Shown piece after piece: positions 36,533-46,215 of a stretch of 64,000 nucleotides of DNA (position 1 is the stretch's first letter; each line of letters begins with the position of its first letter). Source of the stretch: an uncultured Dialister sp. (GTDB lineage: Bacteria; Bacillota; Negativicutes; Veillonellales; Dialisteraceae); assembly GCF_900314595.1 (NCBI RefSeq), contig NZ_OMVW01000002.1. One strand, given 5' to 3'. The notes below the pieces were generated by a model. It was given only the letters and a program-made list of their open reading frames with translations, searched no databases and was not told the origin of the DNA. Made by a program: the position numbers and the translations under genes.

Positions 36533-38218
36533 ATGGAAGAAAATAAAACGGCCGCTAATTTTATCGAAGCGGAAATCAATAAAGATATTGCCAATCATGT
36601 TTATTCCAATGACCGGGTGCTGACCCGGTTCCCGCCGGAACCAAATGGTTACCTGCATATAGGTCATGTGAAGAGTATCTGCCTGAATTTCGGGATTGGT
36701 GAAAAATATCATGGAGAAACTAACGTTCGTTTCGATGATACAAATCCGACCAAGGAAGACGTGGAATATGTAAACTCCATCCTTGATGATGTGAAATGGT
36801 TAGGATTCAAGTGGAAGGAACCCGTTCATTATGCTTCTGATTACTTCCCTGAACTTTACGAATTTGCGTGCAAGCTTATACGTATGGGGCTTGCCTATGT
36901 TGATGATCAGAGCAGCCAGGAAATTCATGATACCCGCGGGGATCTGGAACATCCGGGTAAGGAAAGTCCCTGGAGAAACCGTTCTGTAGAAGAGAACCTG
37001 AAGCTTTTCCAGGAAATGAAAGAAGGCAAGTACAAGGATGGTGAAAGATGTCTGCGTGCTAAAATTGATATGGCATCTCCGAACGTCGTTATGAGAGATC
37101 CGGTTATTTATCGTATACTTCACGCAACCCATCATCGGACGGGGGATACCTGGTGTATTTATCCGCTCTATGATTTTGCACATCCACTTTCTGATGCTCT
37201 TGAGGGAATTACTCATTCCATTTGTACTCTTGAATTTGAAGAAAGACGCCCTCTCTATAACTGGTGTCTGCAGGCCTATGAAGGCAAGGAAAAACCGAGA
37301 CAGATTGAATTTGCCCGTCTGAACGTGACTACTATGATTACCAGTAAGAGAAAGCTGCGCAAGATGGTAGAAGCAGGACTGGTATCCGGTTGGGATGATC
37401 CTCGTATGCCTACGGTCAGCGGTATCCGCCGCAGAGGTTATACGCCAGAATCGCTCCGCCATTTCTGCGATCTGATCGGAGTAGCAAAAGCTGATAATAT
37501 GGTAGATGTATCGCTCCTTGAATACTGCATCCGGGAAGATCTGAAGGCCAAAGCTCCCAGAATCATGACAGTTATTGATCCTGTCAAAGTTATTCTTACC
37601 AATTATCCAGAAGAGAAGATTGAGTATGTGACTATGGAGAATAATCCGGAAGTCGAATCCATGGGCAGCAGGCAGGTTCCATTCAGTAGAAATCTTTATA
37701 TTGAAAAAGATGACTTTATGGAAACTCCTGTGAAGAAATTTTTCCGCATGACCCCGGGTAAGGAAGTCCGGCTGAAAGGCGCTTATATCGTCAAATGCGA
37801 TGAAGTTATTAAAAATGAAGATGGAAGCATCAAAGAAATCCATTGCACTGTTGATTTTGATACCAGAAGTGGTACTCCGGGGGCCGATCGAAAAGTAAAA
37901 GGGACCCTGCACTGGGTATGCGCTGATAAAGCGGTGGATATTGACACACGGCTTTATGATTACCTGATTCCACCGGATGATACGGATGACGGCCGTGATT
38001 TTATGGAAAAAGTCAATACCCATTCTCTGGTTGTCATGCATAGCAAAGCTGAACCCGCAATTCTTGATTATAAGGTGGGGGATCGTTTCCAGTTCCTGCG
38101 GAAAGGTTACTTTATTATTGACAAAGATACCACAGAAGGTCATATAGTCTGCAACCGTATCGTGGGTCTTCGTGATTCCTGGGCAAAAATTCAGAAAAAG
38201 CAGAATAAGGAAAACTAA
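36533..38218 (+). CDS. glnS: Glutamine--tRNA ligase
   Basis: TRFPPEPNGYLHIGHVKSICLNFG is almost identical to the E. coli GlnRS HIGH region. The MSK-type loop reads VTTMITSKRKL, and a C-terminal anticodon-binding beta-barrel region is present. ATG 36533 follows a GGAGGAAG RBS. Confidence 0.93.
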   Translation: MEENKTAANFIEAEINKDIANHVYSNDRVLTRFPPEPNGYLHIGHVKSICLNFGIGEKYHGETNVRFDDTNPTKEDVEYVNSILDDVKWLGFKWKEPVHYASDYFPELYEFACKLIRMGLAYVDDQSSQEIHDTRGDLEHPGKESPWRNRSVEENLKLFQEMKEGKYKDGERCLRAKIDMASPNVVMRDPVIYRILHATHHRTGDTWCIYPLYDFAHPLSDALEGITHSICTLEFEERRPLYNWCLQAYEGKEKPRQIEFARLNVTTMITSKRKLRKMVEAGLVSGWDDPRMPTVSGIRRRGYTPESLRHFCDLIGVAKADNMVDVSLLEYCIREDLKAKAPRIMTVIDPVKVILTNYPEEKIEYVTMENNPEVESMGSRQVPFSRNLYIEKDDFMETPVKKFFRMTPGKEVRLKGAYIVKCDEVIKNEDGSIKEIHCTVDFDTRSGTPGADRKVKGTLHWVCADKAVDIDTRLYDYLIPPDDTDDGRDFMEKVNTHSLVVMHSKAEPAILDYKVGDRFQFLRKGYFIIDKDTTEGHIVCNRIVGLRDSWAKIQKKQNKEN

Positions 38219-38220
38219 GC

Positions 38221-38910
38221 ATGAAGCGGTCTACTGTAATTGGTATTTTAATGACTCTTGGATTAATGGCAAGTACCTGTGCTGTTCACGCAGCTGATGT
38301 GCTGACCTTGCAAGGCATTGGAACTATGTCGGTTCCCAAAAATATTTCTTTTGTAGAAGGTGTTCAAAGTGCCCTGCCTTTTCTCAGCGAAGGAGGGACG
38401 AAAAGGTATTTTATACGAAACGGTTTCACAAAGAGTCAGTATTTTACGATGACTTATAAGGATGGTCCGGATTTCTCTTACGGCTGGGCTATGTCCCATG
38501 AAATCGGGATTCCTTATCTCTTGGAAATTGGTGAAATCAGGCACAAAAATGATTCCGCAGAAGAGCAGATGGATGTGGTTGCAGCTTATCTGAACCAGAA
38601 ACTTGCTGCAGATGGAGTTGTATTTACGGGGCCATCTCCGCTGGTCAAAGTCAAAGACAATAAATATCCCCGCTGGGAGGGGTCTTTTGTTAAAGAAACC
38701 AGGGAAAATGGTATCATTTATCGGGAAGCCTATGTAGTGGTCCTTCAAAGTGACGGATATTTCAATACTCTTGGAATCATTAATTCTGATGCAGATCGTT
38801 CAGATATTACGGACGCATTAAAGAAGATGATGGCAAAACGCAAATTCCCCAAACGATCAAGTGTAATGAATTTATCCAGCAGAGTTCCTTCCCTCACGGA
38901 ATTTGAATAA
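38221..38910 (+). CDS. Hypothetical secreted protein
   Basis: A signal peptide is present (IGILMTLGLMASTCAVHA). No recognisable motif. Confidence 0.5.
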   Translation: MKRSTVIGILMTLGLMASTCAVHAADVLTLQGIGTMSVPKNISFVEGVQSALPFLSEGGTKRYFIRNGFTKSQYFTMTYKDGPDFSYGWAMSHEIGIPYLLEIGEIRHKNDSAEEQMDVVAAYLNQKLAADGVVFTGPSPLVKVKDNKYPRWEGSFVKETRENGIIYREAYVVVLQSDGYFNTLGIINSDADRSDITDALKKMMAKRKFPKRSSVMNLSSRVPSLTEFE

Positions 38911-39003
38911 CCGGTGATTTTCAAATTGACAAGAGCCGATTGAATCAGTAAGATAAAGAAGTAAGCAAATTTTTAATTTTGCATTGATAGGAGGAAATTT
39001 TAA

Positions 39004-39432
39004 ATGGCAAAGATTGCAATTGTATATTGGTCCGGTTCCGGTAATACGGAAGCTATGGCTCAGGCTGTAGAAGAAGGTGCAAAAGCTGCAGGAGCAGAAA
39101 CTGAACTGAGCTTCGTCAGCGATACATCGGCTTCTGATGTAGCAGCATTTGATCACATCATTCTTGGCTGCCCGGCAATGGGAAATGAAGAACTGGAAGA
39201 ATATGAATTTGAACCGTTCTTTGAAGAACTTCTCCCGCAGCTTGGCGGTAAAGTTGTTGCGATTTTTGGTTCCTATGCATGGAATCAGGGCGACTGGATT
39301 TTAAACTGGAAGAATCGTTTCGATGAAGCTGGAATTAAACTGGCTGCAGATCCGGTCAAAGCTTACAGCTATCCGGATGATGATGCACTGGAAGCATGCA
39401 AAGCTTTGGGCGAAACCGTGGCAAAGGCATAA
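39004..39432 (+). CDS. Short-chain flavodoxin
   Basis: The FMN phosphate loop is present (KIAIVYWSGSGNTEAMA). The protein is acidic, 142 aa, with a GSYAW aromatic FMN-stacking context. Confidence 0.88.
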   Translation: MAKIAIVYWSGSGNTEAMAQAVEEGAKAAGAETELSFVSDTSASDVAAFDHIILGCPAMGNEELEEYEFEPFFEELLPQLGGKVVAIFGSYAWNQGDWILNWKNRFDEAGIKLAADPVKAYSYPDDDALEACKALGETVAKA

Positions 39433-39447
39433 TTTAAAGCGGAAAAA

Positions 39448-39477
39448 GGGCGTTCTCTTCAGAGCGCTCCTTTTTTT
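39448..39477 (+). terminator. Intrinsic terminator between the two flavodoxin genes
   Basis: Stem GGGCGTTCT / AGAGCGCTCC with one bulge and one G-U pair, loop CTTC, followed by TTTTTTT. Confidence 0.6.
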
Positions 39478-39501
39478 ACATGGAAAAAGGAGGGTTTCCA
39501 T

Positions 39502-39939
39502 ATGAGAAATAAAGTGGCAGTGGTTTATTACTCGGCAACAGGCAATACAGAAGCTATGGCAGAAGCTGTGGCAGTCGGTGCAAAAAGAACAGGTGCGGAA
39601 GTAATTCTGGCCCCGGTTTCCGATGTGGATCCTGTTGAAATCGGAAATACTTGTCACCATATCATACTTGGCTGTTCTGCCTGGGGCGTCGAAGTAATAG
39701 AAGAGACACAGATGCGGCCTTTCTGTGATAAGCTGAAGCCCTATCTGAAAGGTAAGATTATGGGGATTTTCGGCTCTTGTGGCTGGAGCCGAGGCGCATG
39801 GCTGAATTCCTGGTATAACGAACTTCATTTTGCCGGGGCTGTATTTCCCGCTCAGCCGCTTCTGGCTTATGGCTACCCGGATGAACCTTCACTGAAAAAA
39901 TGCGAAGAACTTGGTGAAAAGGTGGCTTCTGCAAAATAA
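39502..39939 (+). CDS. Short-chain flavodoxin (paralogue)
   Basis: KVAVVYYSATGNTEAMA loop and a GSCGW context. The protein is 145 aa, with a GGAGGG RBS. Confidence 0.8.
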   Translation: MRNKVAVVYYSATGNTEAMAEAVAVGAKRTGAEVILAPVSDVDPVEIGNTCHHIILGCSAWGVEVIEETQMRPFCDKLKPYLKGKIMGIFGSCGWSRGAWLNSWYNELHFAGAVFPAQPLLAYGYPDEPSLKKCEELGEKVASAK

Positions 39940-40003
39940 GAGCCATTCCGTTTCCCGGCATCACTGATGTGTATATTTTATATTCTGAAGTAGAGAGGAT
40001 TTA

Positions 40004-41203
40004 ATGATGGATTGGGACTCAAAAGTCGCATCAAATATCAAGGCAGTGGAATTTTCAGGTATCCGTAAATTCTTTGATCTAGCCAGCACAATGAAAGATG
40101 TCATTTCTCTTGGGGTGGGTGAACCTGATTATTCCGCACCGGATCCGGTGATTGAAGCCTGTATAGCTAGCCTGAAAAGAAAGGAGACATCATATACTTC
40201 CAATTGGGGCCTTCTTGAACTAAGAAAAGAAATCGGCAAACTCTTTGAAACCAGGTATGGTGTGAAATACAATCCGAATGATGAAATTATGGTGACGGTT
40301 GGGGTTTCTGAAGCTATCGGTGTTATCCTGACTGCCATATTGAATCCGGGTGATGAAGTCCTGATTCCGGATCCTGCCTATCTGGCATATCCGGCCTGCG
40401 TTTCCATCGCTCATGGGAAACCGGTATTGGTTCCGACTTTTGCTAAAGATGAATTCCGGTTGATTGTTGAGGAACTGGAAAAGAAGGTTACTCCCCGCAC
40501 TAAAGCCATTCTTATCGGATATCCTAACAATCCAACGGGAACTGTTATGAACAGAGATTCCCTTATGAAAATCGCATCTTTTGCAGAAAAACATGATTTG
40601 ATTGTTATCTCTGACGAAATCTATTGCGATTTAACTTACGAAGGGCAGCATACCTGTTTTGCATCTTTTCCCGGTATGCATGACAGGACTTTTGTCATGA
40701 ACGGATTTTCTAAATCCTATGCCATGACAGGACTACGAGTTGGATATATCTGCGGACCTGCACAAATCATGCAGCAGGTATATAAGGTTCATCAGTATGA
40801 AATCCTCTGTACCAGTGTGACCAGCCAGTATGGTGCCATTGCCGCACTCAAATATTGTGATGATGATGTAAAAGCTATGTTCAGGGAATACAAAATCCGA
40901 AGAGATATTGTTTATGATGGTTTGTGCCAAATGGGACTTTCCGTAGTTAAGCCGCAGGGGGCGTTTTATATTTTTCCGGATATCAGCGTGACCGGTATGA
41001 ATGATGAGGAATTTGCAGACCGGCTTTTAAAAGAGGAAAAGGTCGGGGTTGTACCTGGCAGTTGTTTTGGCCCGGGAGGGAAGAATCATATACGAATTTC
41101 TTACGCAGCAAGCCGGGAAAATCTTGTGGAAGCTTTGAAAAGAATGGCCCAATTTGTAAAAAAATACAAAAAATTGAATGATGCGGGACACCTGTTTCCT
41201 TAA
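40004..41203 (+). CDS. Class I/II pyridoxal-phosphate-dependent aminotransferase (AspC-like)
   Basis: The PLP-lysine block is present (NGFSKSYAMTGLRVGY), along with GYPNNPTG and a C-terminal IRISYA. Confidence 0.88.
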   Translation: MMDWDSKVASNIKAVEFSGIRKFFDLASTMKDVISLGVGEPDYSAPDPVIEACIASLKRKETSYTSNWGLLELRKEIGKLFETRYGVKYNPNDEIMVTVGVSEAIGVILTAILNPGDEVLIPDPAYLAYPACVSIAHGKPVLVPTFAKDEFRLIVEELEKKVTPRTKAILIGYPNNPTGTVMNRDSLMKIASFAEKHDLIVISDEIYCDLTYEGQHTCFASFPGMHDRTFVMNGFSKSYAMTGLRVGYICGPAQIMQQVYKVHQYEILCTSVTSQYGAIAALKYCDDDVKAMFREYKIRRDIVYDGLCQMGLSVVKPQGAFYIFPDISVTGMNDEEFADRLLKEEKVGVVPGSCFGPGGKNHIRISYAASRENLVEALKRMAQFVKKYKKLNDAGHLFP

Positions 41204-41371
41204 AATATTGTCATTAAGGAATGGAGATTAATTATTCTTGGGTATAAGTCAAAATATTCCGATATAACGAGATGGTGCTGATCCTTTTGTGGACAGTGCC
41301 GTTTTCGGCTTGACAGATAATCATAGGACTAGCATAATAAGGATTATGTTCTGAAAAGAGAGGTGACTGCC

Positions 41372-42490
41372 ATGAGATTCCAATTGAAAAATGTTTTGAC
41401 AGTTTTAACCGTATTGGTTTTACTTCCGTACTGTTTCAAGTATGCCGGAGCTGAAGATCCTGCTGGGCATCATGAAGGTGATGGTTTTTCATTGAATGGC
41501 AGCTATTCAGGCAAGATGCAGGAAGAAGTTCTGAATGATGGCAATTCTCATCATAGTGATGAAAGAAAGGAGAATGCCCTGATCTCTTTTGATTTATCTC
41601 CATTAGGAGATAAAGATTTTGGCATTGGTGGAATCAGCCTCATGGATCCTTTGAAGCGAAGTATCGATTTAAAAGGACAGCCGGATTCCATAGTAAAAGG
41701 TCCTGTTATTGAAGAATATAGGTGGAAAGGGCTTGATATACGCCGATATAACCCATTCCTTTTAAAATATACCGGACGGGAAGATTTGCCTTCTGATTTC
41801 AATTCCATTAAAGCAGGAATTTCAGAAATCCGTTTGAATGATGGCGGTGAGCACACTTCCAGAAATATAGGGATAGGAAGCAGACGGGAAGACATACTTC
41901 GAAGTTATGGACCACCGAACCGGGTTTTTTGGAATGAAGTTCAGGGAAACCTTTATTTTATTTATGCTTTGGATAATCGGGAAATTGATTTTTCTTTAAA
42001 AGAAGGTAAAATTTCCGGAATTCACGTTCTATTTAACGATAAAAATGTTTCCGATTCGTTTTACGGGATTCTGCCGGAGAGGAAAAAATTAATTTCCGAC
42101 AAGGATTTCTATATTGCCGGTTATAAGCCTGGAGACAGGTTTAATTCCCAAAATTCCGGTAACTGGGAAAAGAAAATTGCCAATCCCAAAGAGGAGATAT
42201 GGTATTATGCCGGATATGCAGTTCGTATGTCAGCTAAAGGACAGGATATCTCATCTCTTCTGCTTACGGATGATCGTATGGTCACATCACGCGGTATAAC
42301 ATTGGGAGATGATATATCTACGGTGGAAGCCATTTATGGAACACCTCACCGTATGGAGATGGATATCTCCGGCAGCAGCCCGAAAACCACCTATATTTAT
42401 TTTTCTTCCGGTAAAAATCGCATATTGATGTTTGGGTTTCTGAATAACAAAGTAGATGGTGTGATTAGTGCATTAAATCCAAAGAATTAG
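41372..42490 (+). CDS. Hypothetical secreted protein with two clear internal repeats
   Basis: A signal peptide is present. The two repeats are ISEIRLNDGGEHTSRNIGIGSRREDILRSYGPPNR... and ISSLLLTDDRMVTSRGITLGDDISTVEAIYGTPHR.... Confidence 0.5.
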   Translation: MRFQLKNVLTVLTVLVLLPYCFKYAGAEDPAGHHEGDGFSLNGSYSGKMQEEVLNDGNSHHSDERKENALISFDLSPLGDKDFGIGGISLMDPLKRSIDLKGQPDSIVKGPVIEEYRWKGLDIRRYNPFLLKYTGREDLPSDFNSIKAGISEIRLNDGGEHTSRNIGIGSRREDILRSYGPPNRVFWNEVQGNLYFIYALDNREIDFSLKEGKISGIHVLFNDKNVSDSFYGILPERKKLISDKDFYIAGYKPGDRFNSQNSGNWEKKIANPKEEIWYYAGYAVRMSAKGQDISSLLLTDDRMVTSRGITLGDDISTVEAIYGTPHRMEMDISGSSPKTTYIYFSSGKNRILMFGFLNNKVDGVISALNPKN

Positions 42491-42540
42491 GACCGGATAT
42501 TTTCGGGATAATTTTAAAAATTCTTATATTGAGGTGTAAT

Positions 42541-43338
42541 GTGTACGAATATTTCTGCGCTTTGATTGTAGGCATTGTGGAGGGGCTTACGGAATATATT
42601 CCTGTATCGTCTACAGGACATATGATCATCATTGGGCATATGCTGGGGTTTGAAGGGACACTTGCAGATCTTTTTGATGTATTTATCCAGCTTGGAGCCA
42701 TCCTTTCGGTGTTGGTTATATATCATAATAAATTTACTTTTATTATGAATACGCATCATTGGTTTCGTAAAAAAGGCCCCTCTGTTTTTAATCTTTGTGT
42801 TTCTATGTTTCCGGCATGCCTGTTAGGTCTTATTTTTCATGATTTCATCAAGTATTATCTTTTCAGCCCGTCTACTGTCATTGCCGGACTGGTCCTGGGC
42901 GGTTTATTTATGATTTTTGCCGAAAAAAGCCGCAGAGGCAAACCATTTGCAATTAAAAGCGTAGACAAGATTACATCAAAACAAGCTTTAATTATAGGCT
43001 TGTTCCAGTGCTTGTCACTTTGGCCCGGCTTTTCCCGAAGTGGAAGCACGATAGCTGGTAGTCTTCTTCTTGGAATCTCCCGTAAAGCCGGTGCGGATTT
43101 CACTTTTATCATGGCTGTTCCGCTAATGTTTCTGGCCTGCTTTTATGATTTATTAAAGGTCATTGGAAGTCTATCTTTTTCCGACTTCGGAGTGCTGGCA
43201 GTTGGTTTTGTAACTGCTTTCATTGTGGCATATATTTCAATCTTGTGGTTCCTGAAATTTCTTAACACTTCTACTTTGACAGGTTTTGCTATTTATCGTT
43301 TTCTGGTGGCAATATTTGCATTTATTTATTTTTGGTAG
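42541..43338 (+). CDS. uppP: Undecaprenyl-diphosphate phosphatase
   Basis: VEGLTEYIPVSSTGH and PGFSRSGSTI are the two conserved BacA/UppP motifs. GTG 42541 follows a GAGGTG RBS. Confidence 0.92.
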   Translation: MYEYFCALIVGIVEGLTEYIPVSSTGHMIIIGHMLGFEGTLADLFDVFIQLGAILSVLVIYHNKFTFIMNTHHWFRKKGPSVFNLCVSMFPACLLGLIFHDFIKYYLFSPSTVIAGLVLGGLFMIFAEKSRRGKPFAIKSVDKITSKQALIIGLFQCLSLWPGFSRSGSTIAGSLLLGISRKAGADFTFIMAVPLMFLACFYDLLKVIGSLSFSDFGVLAVGFVTAFIVAYISILWFLKFLNTSTLTGFAIYRFLVAIFAFIYFW

Positions 43339-43346
43339 TTATAATC

Positions 43347-43376
43347 GGGATATCCTTGTCGGGATATCTCTTTTTT
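43347..43376 (+). terminator. Intrinsic terminator after uppP
   Basis: GGATATCC / GGATATCT form an 8-bp stem, followed by CTCTTTTTT. Confidence 0.55.
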
Positions 43377-43479
43377 ATGATCATCTATTCAATAAATATA
43401 TGCAGTACTGGTAAAAATATAACATTGATGATATCATTAAACATATAGTAGTGTGTTTTTATTCTTCCGGAGGAAGTTC

Positions 43480-44211
43480 ATGAAAGCTTATATCCGCATC
43501 AGGCATACGGGAGAGTTTTACGATCCAAGCTGTTATTATGCTTTCACTGGCTGTAAACAGATGGGAATACCCGTTGTCAAGTACAAAGCCGTATATTCAA
43601 TTACGGATAATGGTCCGGAAGATCCGGTAGTTGGTACCGTTTCAGATGTAGAAGTAGCCTTGGAACGTTTTGGCGTCAAGCTTGCTCCTCTGGATTATCC
43701 TGAAGAGCTTATGCCTTTTACGGGAAGGAAGATTTGGAAATCAACATTGTTTACAATTACAAGTCATCCGGAAGATTGGCATGTATTTGTAAAACCGGTA
43801 GAAGATATCAAACGTTTTCGAGGCACAGTCCTTGACAAGTCTGAAGATTTGATAAAGCTTGGTGGCGGTCTGGAAGATATTGATGTATGGTGTAGTGAAA
43901 AGGTGAATTTCATTTCTGAGTGGAGATTATGGGTACTAAACAGGAAAATTGTCGGACTGACTCCATATAGGGGACGCTGGGATGTTTTTCCTGATGTTTT
44001 TGTTTTGAAATCTGCAGTTGAATCTTATACCAGTGCACCTGCCGGTTATGCTATAGATTTTGGTATTACGGATAAGGGGCAGACATTATTGGTTGAAGTA
44101 AGTGATGGTTATTCATTGGCTAGCTTTGGCTTACTTCCCAGTCTTTATATGAATGTTCTCTCTGCCCGTTGGCATGAATTAACCCATAATGCGGCAATGG
44201 GTATTAATTAA
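43480..44211 (+). CDS. Hypothetical protein, ATP-grasp-like (DUF4343-type) by motif
   Basis: VFVKPVEDIKRFRG, EWRLWVLNRKIVG and YAIDFGITDKGQTLLVEVSDGYSL resemble the lysine strand, the E-R/W-v strand and the metal-binding strand of small ATP-grasp proteins. This call was made by eye only. Confidence 0.4.
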   Translation: MKAYIRIRHTGEFYDPSCYYAFTGCKQMGIPVVKYKAVYSITDNGPEDPVVGTVSDVEVALERFGVKLAPLDYPEELMPFTGRKIWKSTLFTITSHPEDWHVFVKPVEDIKRFRGTVLDKSEDLIKLGGGLEDIDVWCSEKVNFISEWRLWVLNRKIVGLTPYRGRWDVFPDVFVLKSAVESYTSAPAGYAIDFGITDKGQTLLVEVSDGYSLASFGLLPSLYMNVLSARWHELTHNAAMGIN

Positions 44212-44341
44212 ATACCAGATTGCATTGTGATGAGCACCGATGAGTGAATTGTTAAGTAATTCCCTTATGTATCGGTGCTTCCTTAGTCTGTTTTTATGTT
44301 TGCCTCATAAAAGAGTGAAATATATAAAATCGGGGAGAGTT

Positions 44342-46138
44342 ATGGCTTATTTTGACAATGGCTTTCTACAGCGATTAAAAGAGAATATTAATCTTGTTGA
44401 TTTAATCGGTTCATATATTAAACTTCAGAAAAAGGGACGCTATTATTTTGCATCTTGTCCGTTTCATGGTCCTGAAAGAACGCCTTCTTTTTCAGTATCT
44501 CCGGATAAGGGCTTTTATTATTGCTTCGGATGCCATGCTGCTGGTAATGCAATAACCTTTGTCATGAAAATGGATAATTTGACTTTTACAGAAGCTGTTG
44601 AAAAACTTGCACAATATGCGCATATGGAAATTCCCAGACAGGAAGTTACTCCCGAAGAGAAAGAAAAAGCGGCTTTAAAACAAAAACTTTATGAAACGAC
44701 GGAATTGGCAGGATCTTATTTCTACAACTGTCTGACAAAGACGAATATGGGTAGAACAGGTCTTGATTATTTCAGTAAACGTCACTTGTCAAAAGATACG
44801 ATTGATTATTTTAAACTTGGATACGCCCCTCCTGAATGGCATAGGCTCTATCAGGATTTTACAGTAAAGAAGAATATAGATAAGGATATACTTGTTAAAG
44901 CGGGATTATGTGCTTATAAAAATGGTCACTATTATGATGTGTTCAGAAATCGGTGTATATTTCCTATCTGGAATTTAAAAGGGAGAATTGTGGCTTTTGG
45001 CGGGCGGGTTCTAGACGACTCTAAGCCCAAATATCTTAATTCACCGGAAACAATCATTTTTAATAAAAGAAAACTCCTTTTTGCTTTGTATCAGGCATTA
45101 CCTTCTATACGACGGAAAAAACAGGTCATTATGGTAGAAGGATATATGGATGCGATTTCTCTCCATGCACATGGAGTAACAAATGCAGTGGCTTCTCTAG
45201 GAACTGCATTCACAATTGAACAGGCCAGATTGTTAAAAACATATGCAGATGAAGTTGTATTCAGCTATGATATGGATTCTGCCGGACAGAATGCTACAAA
45301 ACGGGCATTAAGTATTGCCAGTTCCATTGGACTTAAATTAAGGGTAGTCCACCTTGGCCAGGGAAAAGACCCGGATGAGTTTGTTAATCTGAATGGAGGA
45401 GAGGCTTATTTAGAAGCCGTTAATCAGGCTGAACCGGCTTTGGATTTTCTGTTTCATTCTTTAATGAAGCAATATGATGGGACAACTCTTGATGGCCAGC
45501 ATCATATTCTTGAAGAAATGTTTTCAATTTTGCTTGAACAGGGAGATGCTTTTCAATTTAATTCTTTTATTAGAAAAATGGCAAATGTTATGCATATGGA
45601 CGAAGGAATGATACGCAGTGAGGCGCTCGTGTTTGCCAAGAAAAATCATTCATCTTTGTATGTTTCACAAAGAGTTCCTGTGGAAAGTGATACTGTCAGA
45701 AACGATCCGGATAAGCAGCGTCAGAGTAAGCTGGAAGCCGCATTTTTAAATTATTGTATAGTACATCAATCTCTTCCGGATGGATGGGAATTATTAAATG
45801 ATTATCGCTTTGTTGACGAATTTTATGGCAGGTTATTTGGAATTTTAAAAAATCTTTCTGAAAGTGGAAACCCGCTCAGTGATAAGTTGATAGAAGAAAA
45901 ACTATCAAGTGAGGATATCATCCATTTTGCCCGTCTTCGTATGGAAAGCGGTCAACTTGGAACAATACCTAAGGAGGAGTATATCTTGCCGATGAAAAGG
46001 ATATATCTTCAGGATGAATACAGATTACATACTAAACGGGCACAAGAGTTGATGATTACTGATCCAAACAAAGCCAGAGAGGAACAATTACTATGTATTA
46101 AATTAAGCAGGGAAATTATGACGTTGGGAAAAGTGTAG
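44342..46138 (+). CDS. dnaG: DNA primase
   Basis: The zinc ribbon is present (CPFHGPERTPSFSVSPDKGFYYCFGCHAAGNAITF), together with a TOPRIM domain (MVEGYMD, DMDSAG). ATG 44342 follows a GGGGAG RBS. Confidence 0.93.
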   Translation: MAYFDNGFLQRLKENINLVDLIGSYIKLQKKGRYYFASCPFHGPERTPSFSVSPDKGFYYCFGCHAAGNAITFVMKMDNLTFTEAVEKLAQYAHMEIPRQEVTPEEKEKAALKQKLYETTELAGSYFYNCLTKTNMGRTGLDYFSKRHLSKDTIDYFKLGYAPPEWHRLYQDFTVKKNIDKDILVKAGLCAYKNGHYYDVFRNRCIFPIWNLKGRIVAFGGRVLDDSKPKYLNSPETIIFNKRKLLFALYQALPSIRRKKQVIMVEGYMDAISLHAHGVTNAVASLGTAFTIEQARLLKTYADEVVFSYDMDSAGQNATKRALSIASSIGLKLRVVHLGQGKDPDEFVNLNGGEAYLEAVNQAEPALDFLFHSLMKQYDGTTLDGQHHILEEMFSILLEQGDAFQFNSFIRKMANVMHMDEGMIRSEALVFAKKNHSSLYVSQRVPVESDTVRNDPDKQRQSKLEAAFLNYCIVHQSLPDGWELLNDYRFVDEFYGRLFGILKNLSESGNPLSDKLIEEKLSSEDIIHFARLRMESGQLGTIPKEEYILPMKRIYLQDEYRLHTKRAQELMITDPNKAREEQLLCIKLSREIMTLGKV

Positions 46139-46215
46139 ATCAGAGATTGATATTTTAATAATATTTGGTCCTTATTACTTTGCAAGCCTGTTCCGGGTTT
46201 TCGGGAGGAAATACT

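Noticed and set aside
44233-44279. A 9-bp inverted repeat AGCACCGAT / ATCGGTGCT between the ATP-grasp-like ORF and dnaG.
   Set aside because: The loop is 29 nt and the U-tract is weak, so it is not a convincing terminator. It is kept only as a note within the ATP-grasp finding.
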